64,000 bases of DNA, from NCBI GenBank assembly GCA_964500645.1, contig CAZCOH010000006.1, positions 1,492-65,491 of the forward strand, read 5' to 3'. Position 1 is the first letter of the stretch. The number at the start of each line of letters is the position of its first letter. Below, piece by piece: positions 36,621 through 46,812 of this stretch. Below the pieces are notes generated by a model. The model was given only the letters and a program-made list of their open reading frames with translations. It was not told where the DNA came from and did not search any database. A program made the translations under genes and the position numbers. Source of the DNA: an uncultured Dehalococcoidia bacterium (GTDB lineage: Bacteria; Chloroflexota; Dehalococcoidia; Lucifugimonadales; UBA826).

Positions 36621-39600
36621 ATGTTCTCATTTTTAAAAAGAAGATACCAAGAGTACTGGAAGACTCATCTGTTGGTATTTTTGTTGCTTACACTAATCTC
36701 TGGTTTACTGTCATCAATTCCCTACCAGAGAGAAATTTTCTCTCGAGTAGGTTTTACGGATCAGGTGAAAGGGGCAGGGGTTCAGGCCGATTCAATTTTA
36801 TTGAGTGCGAATCATGTGCCTTTTGGTGCCGTTGACTCCTACAGTCCACCCGAGGACCTTCACAAGCTTTTGTCAGGAACCCTTCAGGATTTATACAGTG
36901 ATGTTAGGACCTCTATTAAGAGTGAGAACTGGTATCTTGATCCGCAGGCTACTTTTCCCGATCAACCCTCTTTAGTAATGAGAGTCGCTCAGACTGATGA
37001 AGAACTCAAAATCAAGCTTGAAAATATATATGGATACAAGGAGGTTTATTCGCTCATTGATGGAGCATTTCCAGGTCATGAAGTTTTGAGAGACGATAGC
37101 CTTTATGCGTTGCCTAGGGTTGAGGTCGCTCTAGTGGTCAATAATGAGGACATTAATGCACCGAAAATTGAAATAGGTGACACTTTCATTGTAGACAGTC
37201 TTGCCGATGTACAAGAAGCCCGAGTGGTCTCTGGCACAAGTGAATATCTTAGGATTAGTCTTGAGAGTCTCAAATCGAGATCTAACAAGGCCTATCAAAA
37301 ATTGGAAGAACTTGGAATTAGACCTTTAGATGAAGATGGCAACCTGGTCAGTTTTATAAGCATAGTACAAGGCTTGAAATTCTCTAATGCGGAGATAGGA
37401 GACTACAGGACGATTTTCGGCCGCAGGAGAGGGGAATTCTTTTTTAATTTAATGTCTAATGATTCGGAGAATGTTTTTGAATTGGCAGAGTCTTTGGATT
37501 CCAAGGTTCCTAAATCTAACCAAGCATCTGCAAATTACCTCGGTAATCGGGACAGCATTAGGGTCGACGTGGTGGGAATTGTGAGTGTGTCTGACTCTTT
37601 GGAAATCGGATTTGTTAATGGCAAAAATGTGAATGTTCAGCACCGGTTCTTGATTGACCCTGTTGCAGCGGAAAAATTGCCAAAGCGGTATGTATTACCA
37701 AGTCGCTACAAATATAACTTTTCAACGGTTTACACCTCGGATCAAATTGACCTGTTCACAGACGTTGTAGATGGCAGATTCCCTCAGGAATCTGATCTAG
37801 ATAATGTTGCAGGAAGTCCTTACGAATGCGCAATTGGTAAAGAGATTTCCAAGTACACGCAAAAAAATGTAGGAGATTCTCTTTATATAACCCCCAACGT
37901 AGATGGAGTTTATGGAATTTATTGTACGGTCACAGGGATATTGCAAATGAAGGTTGGGGCTTCAACTTTGCGCTTCCCCGAGTTGATGGAGATCTTAGAG
38001 TTAGATGACCAGGTTAGTACACCTGTGGTGCCTATTCTTATGAGAGAAAAAGATTTCTCAAAAGCCATAAATACTCATTTTTTAGAAAGAAAGGGGAAAA
38101 TATTCTGGAATGTTAATCTGGATCTTGATAAAGCGGCCTATGTGAGTCCAGCTCAGACTATTGACAGAATTAGAGAATTGGAATTAGGACTGGCAGAATT
38201 ATACTCTGGAGCTAATGTGATTTCTGGACTACGACAGATGGCATTGGAGTCTGATTCTCGTTCAGGTACTGCATTTGCTCCAATTATTATGGTTTCGATA
38301 TCTCTGGTAACCTCTTTTTTAGCCGTTACTACTATGGTTTTATGGAATGTTCTTCGAGAAAACATTAGAGATATTAGAGTTATGCGGCAAAGAGGGTTTG
38401 GGGTTCTTAGGCTGGTACGTTTTTATTCTCTAGAGTTTTTGGTATTCCTTCCAATAACTGCTGTGTTTGGCTTATTTGTTGGTATGGGTCTTTCGCTCTT
38501 TACAATTTTAACTATTGATACCGGTGATTTTGGACAGTGGCTTGTAGTCCTTAGGGCTGGATTTCTGCAATCCCTAGGATTAATTGGTGTGTTTTTTAGT
38601 TGTTATTTCATAGCTCTCATCCTGGTTGTGTTTTTTCTTTGTTCAAAAATGAATATTATTCGGTCGTCCCGGACTTCTTCAGGTGGGATAAGAAACATTA
38701 AGGCTTATATGGCGGCGGGAGCTCTGGCGAGTGTCGTCGCTGTCCTACTTGGTCTGCTGCTAAAAGAAGCCCTTTTAAACACAAATGCTGATGGTGTTGA
38801 TTTCAGAAAAGACTCAATCATATTTGCTGCGCCTTCATTACTATTGATTCTAGTCTCATTTCTAGGATTGATTTTGAGTAAAATGATTTACACGGGCATT
38901 CACGCGCTTTTCTATATGGTTAATGGGTTTTCCCCTTTTCACTCTGCTTTAATAAGATTATCTAGAGATGTTACTCATGGAGGGTTGCCCGTTTTTATGT
39001 TGGCCCTTCTGACCGGAATCGTTACCTTTACAGTAGTGATTTCAAATGGATTAGATTCTTACTTTCTTCGTACATCTGAAAATATCGTAGGGTCAGATGT
39101 GAGGGTTAAAGGTTTTAAGAGTACTGAATTAGTGGAAACCAATTCTATCGCTGTCCAACAAATTGATTTTGTTAAAAGTGTTTCGGCCTTGCACGTGTCA
39201 GATGCAAATGTGCAGGATGGCAATACCAAGATATATGACCCTAAAGAACAATTTGAGTTTGTGTCTGTTGATCCAGAATCCTTCAAGGAAGTTTTGAATA
39301 ATAATCAAAAGTCTGATATGTCAGAGATAAGCAAGGCTTTAAATCAGACAATTTCTAAAACCATTGCATTGACGGAAAAGGATCAAGTTTTTCATTTCGT
39401 CAGTAGATTATCTGAGAATTCCCCACCTATTGATGCTTCCTTGGTAATTAAAAATAAACTGACAAACGACTATCACTTTGTCGAAATAGGGAAGATATAT
39501 GAGAAAAAATGGGTACATTTATCTACGAAAATCCCTCAGGGCTTTTTGGACGGTAATCATTTCATAGCTGGTTTGAAAGTTGATTTTCTTACTCGAATAG

Positions 39601-40640
39601 CTGGAATAGAAGGAAGTATTGAAATAAAAGAAATGCGCCTAAGTTCTAAGGAAGACAATTTAGGAGGTTCTTATTTTCTTGAAGGTTTCTCACGTTGGGT
39701 ACCATTGTCCGAGAACAATTTATTGGAAACAAGTAAATTACAAGATATATCAGGGCAAAACGACTATGTTACATACAGATTCCTTAAGGGAAGAGAAGAA
39801 GCGGTGGCGGGTCTGTATTTTTCAGGCCATGAAAAACGCATTTCAGTTTTGTCGTCCAGATCATTTTTAGAATCTCATCCTAATCTTGGGAATAACTTCA
39901 CAATAAATTTAGAAGGAAGAAATTTAAATGTGAATAGAATAGGTACGATCGCTAAAATGCCGGGGACGTCGGACTCATCAAGAGGGTTTATATTTGCGAA
40001 CATAGAAGTTGTGGGATCACATTTAAATTCATGGGATACAAATAATTTCAGAACTTTCGGTCCTAATGAAATTGTTATAAAACTCGTAAAAGACACTGTT
40101 TACAACAAGGAAATCATTGATGGTGCATTGTCTTCAGGGACAGTTGTTATCACGAAAAATGACGTTATAAGGTCGCTTTCTCCATTCGCAGAGCTTCAAT
40201 TAAAAGGTTGGAAATTTCAAGGGTTAATGGCAATCATAATCAGTTTTTTCGTTGTTTGCGTTTTTAGTTTGCTCTATGAGATAAGGGATTTTAATCAAAA
40301 CAAGGTCAGTGTTTTCGTAATGCATTCTCTGGGTTTCAATAAGATCTCAGCTGTTTTACAAAAAATTATAGAAGGGATATTTAACGGGATTTTGGGGATA
40401 TCATTTGGAGTCGTATCAGCTATGTTACTCACTCATATTACTCTGCCTTCAATAGTCAAAGGATTAGGGATTCCTGTCGATACTGGGTTGCTTTTTGATG
40501 GGGTATATAGTTCTTGGATCAACATCGCTGTAATAACTTTTTGCTTGGTATTTTTGTCTCTTACGGTTCGCGCAACTTTCACTTATTTAAAAATGAGGAA
40601 TCTGCATACGTCTTCTTTCAGGTTTGATTTAGAGGCCTAG
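36621..40640 (+). CDS. Giant ABC-type permease with two FtsX/MacB-like modules (1339 aa)
   Basis: An N-terminal TM is followed by an extracytoplasmic region of about 520 aa. FtsX block 1 is VLRENIRDIRVMRQRGFGVLRLVRFYSLEFLVF, and extra TMs follow. A second large loop of about 400 aa is followed by the C-terminal FtsX block FVMHSLGFNKISAVLQKIIEGIFNGILG. Confidence 0.7.
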   Translation: MFSFLKRRYQEYWKTHLLVFLLLTLISGLLSSIPYQREIFSRVGFTDQVKGAGVQADSILLSANHVPFGAVDSYSPPEDLHKLLSGTLQDLYSDVRTSIKSENWYLDPQATFPDQPSLVMRVAQTDEELKIKLENIYGYKEVYSLIDGAFPGHEVLRDDSLYALPRVEVALVVNNEDINAPKIEIGDTFIVDSLADVQEARVVSGTSEYLRISLESLKSRSNKAYQKLEELGIRPLDEDGNLVSFISIVQGLKFSNAEIGDYRTIFGRRRGEFFFNLMSNDSENVFELAESLDSKVPKSNQASANYLGNRDSIRVDVVGIVSVSDSLEIGFVNGKNVNVQHRFLIDPVAAEKLPKRYVLPSRYKYNFSTVYTSDQIDLFTDVVDGRFPQESDLDNVAGSPYECAIGKEISKYTQKNVGDSLYITPNVDGVYGIYCTVTGILQMKVGASTLRFPELMEILELDDQVSTPVVPILMREKDFSKAINTHFLERKGKIFWNVNLDLDKAAYVSPAQTIDRIRELELGLAELYSGANVISGLRQMALESDSRSGTAFAPIIMVSISLVTSFLAVTTMVLWNVLRENIRDIRVMRQRGFGVLRLVRFYSLEFLVFLPITAVFGLFVGMGLSLFTILTIDTGDFGQWLVVLRAGFLQSLGLIGVFFSCYFIALILVVFFLCSKMNIIRSSRTSSGGIRNIKAYMAAGALASVVAVLLGLLLKEALLNTNADGVDFRKDSIIFAAPSLLLILVSFLGLILSKMIYTGIHALFYMVNGFSPFHSALIRLSRDVTHGGLPVFMLALLTGIVTFTVVISNGLDSYFLRTSENIVGSDVRVKGFKSTELVETNSIAVQQIDFVKSVSALHVSDANVQDGNTKIYDPKEQFEFVSVDPESFKEVLNNNQKSDMSEISKALNQTISKTIALTEKDQVFHFVSRLSENSPPIDASLVIKNKLTNDYHFVEIGKIYEKKWVHLSTKIPQGFLDGNHFIAGLKVDFLTRIAGIEGSIEIKEMRLSSKEDNLGGSYFLEGFSRWVPLSENNLLETSKLQDISGQNDYVTYRFLKGREEAVAGLYFSGHEKRISVLSSRSFLESHPNLGNNFTINLEGRNLNVNRIGTIAKMPGTSDSSRGFIFANIEVVGSHLNSWDTNNFRTFGPNEIVIKLVKDTVYNKEIIDGALSSGTVVITKNDVIRSLSPFAELQLKGWKFQGLMAIIISFFVVCVFSLLYEIRDFNQNKVSVFVMHSLGFNKISAVLQKIIEGIFNGILGISFGVVSAMLLTHITLPSIVKGLGIPVDTGLLFDGVYSSWINIAVITFCLVFLSLTVRATFTYLKMRNLHTSSFRFDLEA

Positions 40641-40644
40641 GGAA

Positions 40645-43600
40645 GTGTCTAAGATGTTCCCCCTTTTTCCCCTGGTCCTAAAATGGACACGCTTCAATGG
40701 GGGCCTGGTTGCATTGATTGCCATTGGGCTTATGGTGTCAGCTGTTTTATCTGCAACTGCAGTAGTTCTTTGGGGCACTTTAAGGGAGGCATCACTTTCA
40801 GAGTTACTGGATACTTCTGGACAAGATAATCCTAACGTTGCATTGATGGTTACTGAGGTTCCGACTAATTTACTTTTTTTTAGTGATCTCAAGAATGAAA
40901 TACTCTCTATAATCGATTCAAAATCGGAGGGTTTGGTTCAACAGAAATCATGGGCTGTTCGCTCTGAAACACTGAATTTCAAGGAGGAATCTTCAAGCAA
41001 GATCAAAGATCGAAGATCATTTCTTTTCTCTTCGGATTCTGATCTTGGTGAAGAACACCTTAGTCTTATTGGCAAGTATCCCTCATCGGGATTCGTTGAA
41101 ATTGAAGATGGGATTTCGATTGAAGGTCTAATCAGTAATGGCGACGCTGTGAAATTTGCGATTTCAGTGGACGACGAAATTTTTCTTGAAACGCAATCTG
41201 GGGCCATGATTCAAGTAAAGGTTTCAGGAATTTACCGGTCCGTCGAATCAACGGATCCGTTTTGGGTTATGTATGACGAAAACCTTATGTCCGGTAATAC
41301 TGAAACTGTCGCCACTTTACCGTTCTTGATTTCCAAAGACACTTATTTCAATGTTGGTTCTAACGAAAAATTTGTATTTAAGTCATCTTATGTTTCCAAG
41401 ATGATGATATCGAGAGATGTGATTCGCGCAGAAACATTTGAACTGTTCGTCGATGAGATAATTTCCATCCACAACGAATTAACCATTAAATACCCAACTG
41501 CCAGCCTTAAAACTTCACTTCTTAATGTCCTTAATGATTTCAGAGGAAAGTTGATTGATTCTAAGGTGTCAATGTCTACTTTGCTTTTTTTGTTCGTTGT
41601 TTTTACCTTCATATATGTGTTTTCGGTTACGAACATTTTGTATGAACGTCAATCTGCTTACTATGATCTTCTGAGATTAAGGGGTTCAGGGCGTTTTATG
41701 CCTATGCTAGTTATCTCTTTGCCCATCTTATTGAGTTGCTTTATTGCGGCAGTATTTGGTCCCATTGGGTCTTATGTAATGTTTAAAATTGTGGCTTTTA
41801 TATTGGGATTGGGGGATCTTTTCAGTGATATTCCTATCGGTTTATATTTTACCCAACAGACTTGGTTGGCGAGTGGAAGTGCGGCGCTTTTTGGGTTCCT
41901 GATACTGGCCATACGGCTGATTTCTAAAGGATTTTTGGAGGATAGATCTGTTTCAATTTTTGACAGAGCTGAGAATAGTCGTGTTTTGAGTATTTTATTT
42001 ACTCCATCAAATGCAATTATTTTTGTACTTCTTTTAGCATTTTGGACAAGTGGTGGATTGGATAATCCTATATGGACCTCGTTGGGTGGAGATTCTAATT
42101 TGGGAGGAGTTTTAGGGGTTTTTGTCCCAATTATTTTTTTGATAATTGCTAGCGTATTATCTTCACGACTGTTGCCAATAATTTTATTGCCGATTGATTT
42201 GATTTTTTCCAAAAATCTTAGCCCCTCTATTGCTCTTGCACTGAAGTTTTTGTTAAGAGCTCCCGGAAATTATTCCGGGGTTTTATTAATGGTTTCGGTG
42301 ACGGTTGCAATATCGGTTGTTTCAGTCAGTTTTATCAAGACACTCGAAGTAAATGAAAAGGAACAGATAAGCTATCAAGTTGGTAGTGACGTTAGATTAG
42401 AGGGAGTAGTGCTCGAGGAAAGCAGATTTTCAAGTTCAGCTGAACAGAATTATACGGATTTACCTTGGATATATGATGTGACACCGGTGTATAGAGAGAC
42501 CGCTTATGACGTTGATAATCCATCGTTAAATCCATATGAAGTGATGGCAATAGATATAGAAAAAACTGACGTTGTTTCATTAATTCGGGAAGATTTTTTC
42601 GAAGGCAGCTTAGAATCGATTAAAGATTTATTGAAGGCCAGCAGGGAATCAGGATTGGAATTGCCTGACGACGGCAGGACGATAGCTTTGAACATAAAGC
42701 CTGATAAGCCTATGCCACATGTTCAGGTCCATGTAAAACTTATCGATGCAGCGGGTAGATTCTATACTCACAGAGTTGGGTGGTTGGGCATGTCAGACTA
42801 TCTCGGTAATTTACGGGAACCTGAATGGATGACATTGTACTCACCGTTGAAGCCACTTGCGAAGGAATACAGGCCTTATAGCCTGATGTCAATCGGATTC
42901 AGTAGTGACTCTCAAGTTGAAGGTATGGAGAGAGGCGGAATATCTCTGGAATCTATATCCTCCACGGTGGTGAATAAGTTGCCCGATGGAGGAAGTAGCG
43001 TTGATACCATAGTTGTTGAAGATTTTTCGGATGAGCATCAGTGGATTGAAATGTTGGGGTCAACACCTCCTGAAGCTGTCATTGTGTCTGAAGATCAACT
43101 AGAAAAGTCATTATATTTTTCATGGCCTAGAATGGGTATTTATCAGACCCAAGGCGTTCGACATTCGGCCAAATTAGGTAGCGTACCAGCTTTGATAAGC
43201 AGGAATATGACACAGGCACAAGATTATCAGGTTGGAGATACTTTTCTGGCGAAATTAGAAGGGACTATTGTGGACTTTAAAGTTATGGGGATATTAAATT
43301 ACTTCCCTACTGTAAATACTAATTTTGATGATCTTGTCTTGGTTGATTTGGATACTTTGAGATTCCATTTGAATCTAGATCCAATAGCGAATTCTGGAAA
43401 TATTAGTGAAATGTGGATCGATGTAGATGAAACAGAAATTAGAGACGATATTCCGATCAATTCTTTGAAATATAAGCCTTTTGAAACTCAATATTTATAT
43501 GATCAAGGCCAAATGACAGCTGGTTTTGCACAAGATCCATTAAGGACAGCTGGATGGAGAATTTTGTTTACCGTTTCACTGATATCTCTAGCATTCCTTA

Positions 43601-43986
43601 CGACCTTATATTTTTGGACTCGAACTGTAAACATTTGTAAATTGAGGCTTAGCCAATCTGGGGCCTTAGAAAATCTTGGGATGACTAAAAAGTCGATCAA
43701 TTTAATCCAATGGGTTGAATCTATCACTGTACTTTTAATCGGTTCATTGTTTGGATTGTGGATCGGTGGATTTATCGGTCAATTAATCATGCCGGTTTTA
43801 GGCAAACACGAAAATGGACAGACAATCATGCCACCGTTTCAATTTGTTTACTCCTGGGGTCCGGTTTTAGTTTTGATAGTGTTTCTTGTTGTTTTTTGTT
43901 CTCTTTCTCTTGTCGTAGCGCATAGGTTCTACGCTAGATATTCGCCGGCTGAAACATTGAGGTCATCGTCAGAAATCCAACACTAG
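40645..43986 (+). CDS. Giant ABC-type permease with two FtsX/MacB-like modules (1113 aa), paralogous architecture
   Basis: FtsX blocks are YERQSAYYDLLRLRGSGRFMPMLVISLPILL and LENLGMTKKSINLIQWVESITVLLIGSLFG. It starts 4 nt after the upstream stop (GTG 40645, or ATG 40654). Confidence 0.7.
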   Translation: MSKMFPLFPLVLKWTRFNGGLVALIAIGLMVSAVLSATAVVLWGTLREASLSELLDTSGQDNPNVALMVTEVPTNLLFFSDLKNEILSIIDSKSEGLVQQKSWAVRSETLNFKEESSSKIKDRRSFLFSSDSDLGEEHLSLIGKYPSSGFVEIEDGISIEGLISNGDAVKFAISVDDEIFLETQSGAMIQVKVSGIYRSVESTDPFWVMYDENLMSGNTETVATLPFLISKDTYFNVGSNEKFVFKSSYVSKMMISRDVIRAETFELFVDEIISIHNELTIKYPTASLKTSLLNVLNDFRGKLIDSKVSMSTLLFLFVVFTFIYVFSVTNILYERQSAYYDLLRLRGSGRFMPMLVISLPILLSCFIAAVFGPIGSYVMFKIVAFILGLGDLFSDIPIGLYFTQQTWLASGSAALFGFLILAIRLISKGFLEDRSVSIFDRAENSRVLSILFTPSNAIIFVLLLAFWTSGGLDNPIWTSLGGDSNLGGVLGVFVPIIFLIIASVLSSRLLPIILLPIDLIFSKNLSPSIALALKFLLRAPGNYSGVLLMVSVTVAISVVSVSFIKTLEVNEKEQISYQVGSDVRLEGVVLEESRFSSSAEQNYTDLPWIYDVTPVYRETAYDVDNPSLNPYEVMAIDIEKTDVVSLIREDFFEGSLESIKDLLKASRESGLELPDDGRTIALNIKPDKPMPHVQVHVKLIDAAGRFYTHRVGWLGMSDYLGNLREPEWMTLYSPLKPLAKEYRPYSLMSIGFSSDSQVEGMERGGISLESISSTVVNKLPDGGSSVDTIVVEDFSDEHQWIEMLGSTPPEAVIVSEDQLEKSLYFSWPRMGIYQTQGVRHSAKLGSVPALISRNMTQAQDYQVGDTFLAKLEGTIVDFKVMGILNYFPTVNTNFDDLVLVDLDTLRFHLNLDPIANSGNISEMWIDVDETEIRDDIPINSLKYKPFETQYLYDQGQMTAGFAQDPLRTAGWRILFTVSLISLAFLTTLYFWTRTVNICKLRLSQSGALENLGMTKKSINLIQWVESITVLLIGSLFGLWIGGFIGQLIMPVLGKHENGQTIMPPFQFVYSWGPVLVLIVFLVVFCSLSLVVAHRFYARYSPAETLRSSSEIQH

Positions 43987-44011
43987 ATATTCATAGATGA
44001 AAGGATAGAAA

Positions 44012-45328
44012 ATGAAATATGCTTTGGTAGGAACTGGATCACGTTCAGAACTTTTTATATCGGCGCTCACGAATAAATACGGAGCTAACCATGATCTGGT
44101 CGGTATATGTGATACGAATCCCCAGAGAATCCGATATTATCAAGATTTTATAGCTCGTCAAAAATTCAATAGAGAAACTCCGGGGTTTTTGGCACAGGAT
44201 TTTGACGATATGATTTTAACTACCCGTCCTGATTTTGTGATAGTTACGACTGTAGATGCTCTACACCACGAATACATAATTCGATCTTTGCGATTGGGGT
44301 GTAATGTGATAACCGAAAAACCTATGACGACTTCCGGGGCTAACTGCAGGGAGATTATAAAAGCTGTTGACGAGACAGGGTTGGACGTCAAGGTTGCTTT
44401 TAATTATAGATGGGGTAGTGGGGTGAGTAGGGTAAAAGAGCTTCTTCAAGACTCCACTATAGGCCCTATTCACCATGTGAGCCTTCAATATTTACTCGAC
44501 ACCGATCACGGAGCAGATTACTTCAGAAGATGGCATCGGAGTCGAGAAATGTCTGGGGGACTCATTATTCACAAAGCTACACATCATTTCGACTTGGTAA
44601 ACTGGTGGATAGATTCGGTTCCTTCAACGGTCTATGGGGCCGGTAAACTAGCCTTTTATGGAAACAACAGTGGTCCATCAGAAATATACGGAGAAGACAG
44701 AAATTATGATGACGGTAAAGAGACTTCTAATCCATTCAACATAGATTTAGCGTCTTCAAACAAATTAGATGGGCTGTACTTGAAGGCTCAACGACATGAT
44801 GGATATAGAAGGGATCAAGATGTTTTTAGTGAAGGGATAAGTATTGAAGATACCATGAGTTTAATAGTCAAATATAGAAGTGGAGTTCATTTAAGTTATT
44901 CGTTGGTCGCGTATTCATCTATGGAAGGATTTGTTGTGACATTTCATGGAGATAGAGGTCGACTCCACTATGAAGAGATACATCGCCAAAGAACTCGTAT
45001 AGATAAAGCAGGTCGGGCAATCGATACTGATAATGATCAATGGTCATCTAAAATAACCGTACAGAAAATTTTTGAGCCTGCGGCTGAGGAAATCGTGGAA
45101 TCTTCGGAAGGAGGTCATGGGGGAGCTGATCCGCAAATGCTCGATTATCTTTTTGCTGACTCTAAGGTTGATGATCATTTAGGTAGGAATGCCGGACATC
45201 AACAGGGAGCTGCGTCGATGTTAATTGGTGATGCAGCGAATAAATCTTTCCAGGATGGCCGAGAACATGCTATAGGAGATATATGCCCCGAGTTAGGCAC
45301 TAGCGTGCGTCTATCTGAACTAGTTTAA
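44012..45328 (+). CDS. Gfo/Idh/MocA-family oxidoreductase
   Basis: N-terminal Rossmann MKYALVGTGSRS, the EKP motif (VITEKPM) and a C-terminal alpha/beta domain. Confidence 0.8.
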   Translation: MKYALVGTGSRSELFISALTNKYGANHDLVGICDTNPQRIRYYQDFIARQKFNRETPGFLAQDFDDMILTTRPDFVIVTTVDALHHEYIIRSLRLGCNVITEKPMTTSGANCREIIKAVDETGLDVKVAFNYRWGSGVSRVKELLQDSTIGPIHHVSLQYLLDTDHGADYFRRWHRSREMSGGLIIHKATHHFDLVNWWIDSVPSTVYGAGKLAFYGNNSGPSEIYGEDRNYDDGKETSNPFNIDLASSNKLDGLYLKAQRHDGYRRDQDVFSEGISIEDTMSLIVKYRSGVHLSYSLVAYSSMEGFVVTFHGDRGRLHYEEIHRQRTRIDKAGRAIDTDNDQWSSKITVQKIFEPAAEEIVESSEGGHGGADPQMLDYLFADSKVDDHLGRNAGHQQGAASMLIGDAANKSFQDGREHAIGDICPELGTSVRLSELV

Positions 45329-45349
45329 AAACACGAGCAATTCGAGAAT

Positions 45350-46807
45350 TTAACGGACTCTGTTAATTGCTTTCTTTTTAATAGAGGTCAGCATTCCTCT
45401 GAAGATAACTGCGTGAAGGGGATATAGCATTATCCAGTATAAGCACCCGAAAATAGTATTAGTATGGAATGAAGCTGTTTGTGTAAGTTTGGTTTGATTT
45501 GCAGTTTGATCCAACGTGAATGATAGTGTTGCTTTTCCTGGTAGTCTCATCTCCGCCGTTAGTTCTACCATAGCGAGGTCAATGACTTTGGAAATCCTCC
45601 ACCAGTCAAGCGTGTCACCGACGACGAACTTGTCGCTAAACATCCTAGTTCTTCTCATGCCTACTCCCCCAAGTACCAAGTCGATCCAACCTCGTATTTT
45701 CCACAGATAATTGGCGAAATACCATCCGTTTCGCCCTCCAATATTATTCAAGGTTTTGAAAATTTCCTTTTTGGTGGCCGCTAGTTCGACGTTCCTGTGA
45801 TCTTCGAATTTGTATTTATAAATAATTTCTGGTTTATTAGAGCCTTTACCACCCGAAGATAAAGCGTCAAACCATCGACTGTGACCTGTATGTTTTTCAT
45901 CAGATTTAATTGCGTATTTTATGGCTTCCCTGTATGAGATAGGATTTATATTGAAGAGGTTTTGTCCCTCTCGATCAGTAACTATGCTGTCACTGGTGAG
46001 GCTGTCTATAAGCTTTCTTCCCGCACGTGCATATGCGGGCGTCACGAGGCCTAACCAGAGACTTGATAATCTTGGGGTAAGAACCGGTACGGATATCATG
46101 GCTCTTTTGTACCCAGCTTGTCTGCCAAATTCCTTCATCAATTCTTTATAAGAAATTTGATCTGGGCCACCTATTTGTATTATTCGGTCTGTCTCCATGA
46201 CTAGCTTTATTGATTGGGCGAGATATTCAATGACATCATCTACGCCAATTGGTTGTGAAAGGGAACTTACCCATTTAGGAGTTATCATTGCAGGCAATCT
46301 TTTGACCAAACTTTGTATTATTTCGAAAGAAAGCCCTCCTGATCCAATTATTATTGAGGCTTGGAATTCTAAACAAGGTATGTCCGACGATCTCAATACG
46401 TTACCGACCTGCATTCTGCTATCTAAGTGTTGAGATAGAACATCTTCCCCAGATGCTAACCCTCCTAGATAAACGATTTTCTTCACCTTGTTCGCTACAC
46501 ACGCCTCTAGAAAATTCTTAGCGCATATCAATTCTTTTTCTCGGAAATCCTTACCAGAATTTAAAGAATGTACTAAATAATAGGCAACGTCTACGCCTTC
46601 AAAATGATTGTTAACTGTTTTCTTTTCTAACAGGTCGCATTTCCTGATATCTAAGTCAAGGAAGCTATTTTTATTCATAAGGTATTCTGGATTTCGGGCG
46701 ATACACCTGACGTTAATTGACTCTTTTGACAACCTTACTAGCAGCCTTGAACCTATATAACCAGTTGCACCCGTTAATAGAACCGTTTTTAGATGTTGAG
46801 TTTCCAT
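45350..46807 (-). CDS. NAD(P)-binding SDR (NmrA-like) fused to a DUF2867-like C-terminal domain
   Basis: VLLTGATGYIGSRLL Rossmann motif. The C-terminal 170 aa (WYFANYLWKIRGWIDLVLGGVGMRR...) matches my recollection of DUF2867. Confidence 0.65.
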   Translation of the reverse strand: METQHLKTVLLTGATGYIGSRLLVRLSKESINVRCIARNPEYLMNKNSFLDLDIRKCDLLEKKTVNNHFEGVDVAYYLVHSLNSGKDFREKELICAKNFLEACVANKVKKIVYLGGLASGEDVLSQHLDSRMQVGNVLRSSDIPCLEFQASIIIGSGGLSFEIIQSLVKRLPAMITPKWVSSLSQPIGVDDVIEYLAQSIKLVMETDRIIQIGGPDQISYKELMKEFGRQAGYKRAMISVPVLTPRLSSLWLGLVTPAYARAGRKLIDSLTSDSIVTDREGQNLFNINPISYREAIKYAIKSDEKHTGHSRWFDALSSGGKGSNKPEIIYKYKFEDHRNVELAATKKEIFKTLNNIGGRNGWYFANYLWKIRGWIDLVLGGVGMRRTRMFSDKFVVGDTLDWWRISKVIDLAMVELTAEMRLPGKATLSFTLDQTANQTKLTQTASFHTNTIFGCLYWIMLYPLHAVIFRGMLTSIKKKAINRVR

Positions 46808-46812
46808 TTTGA

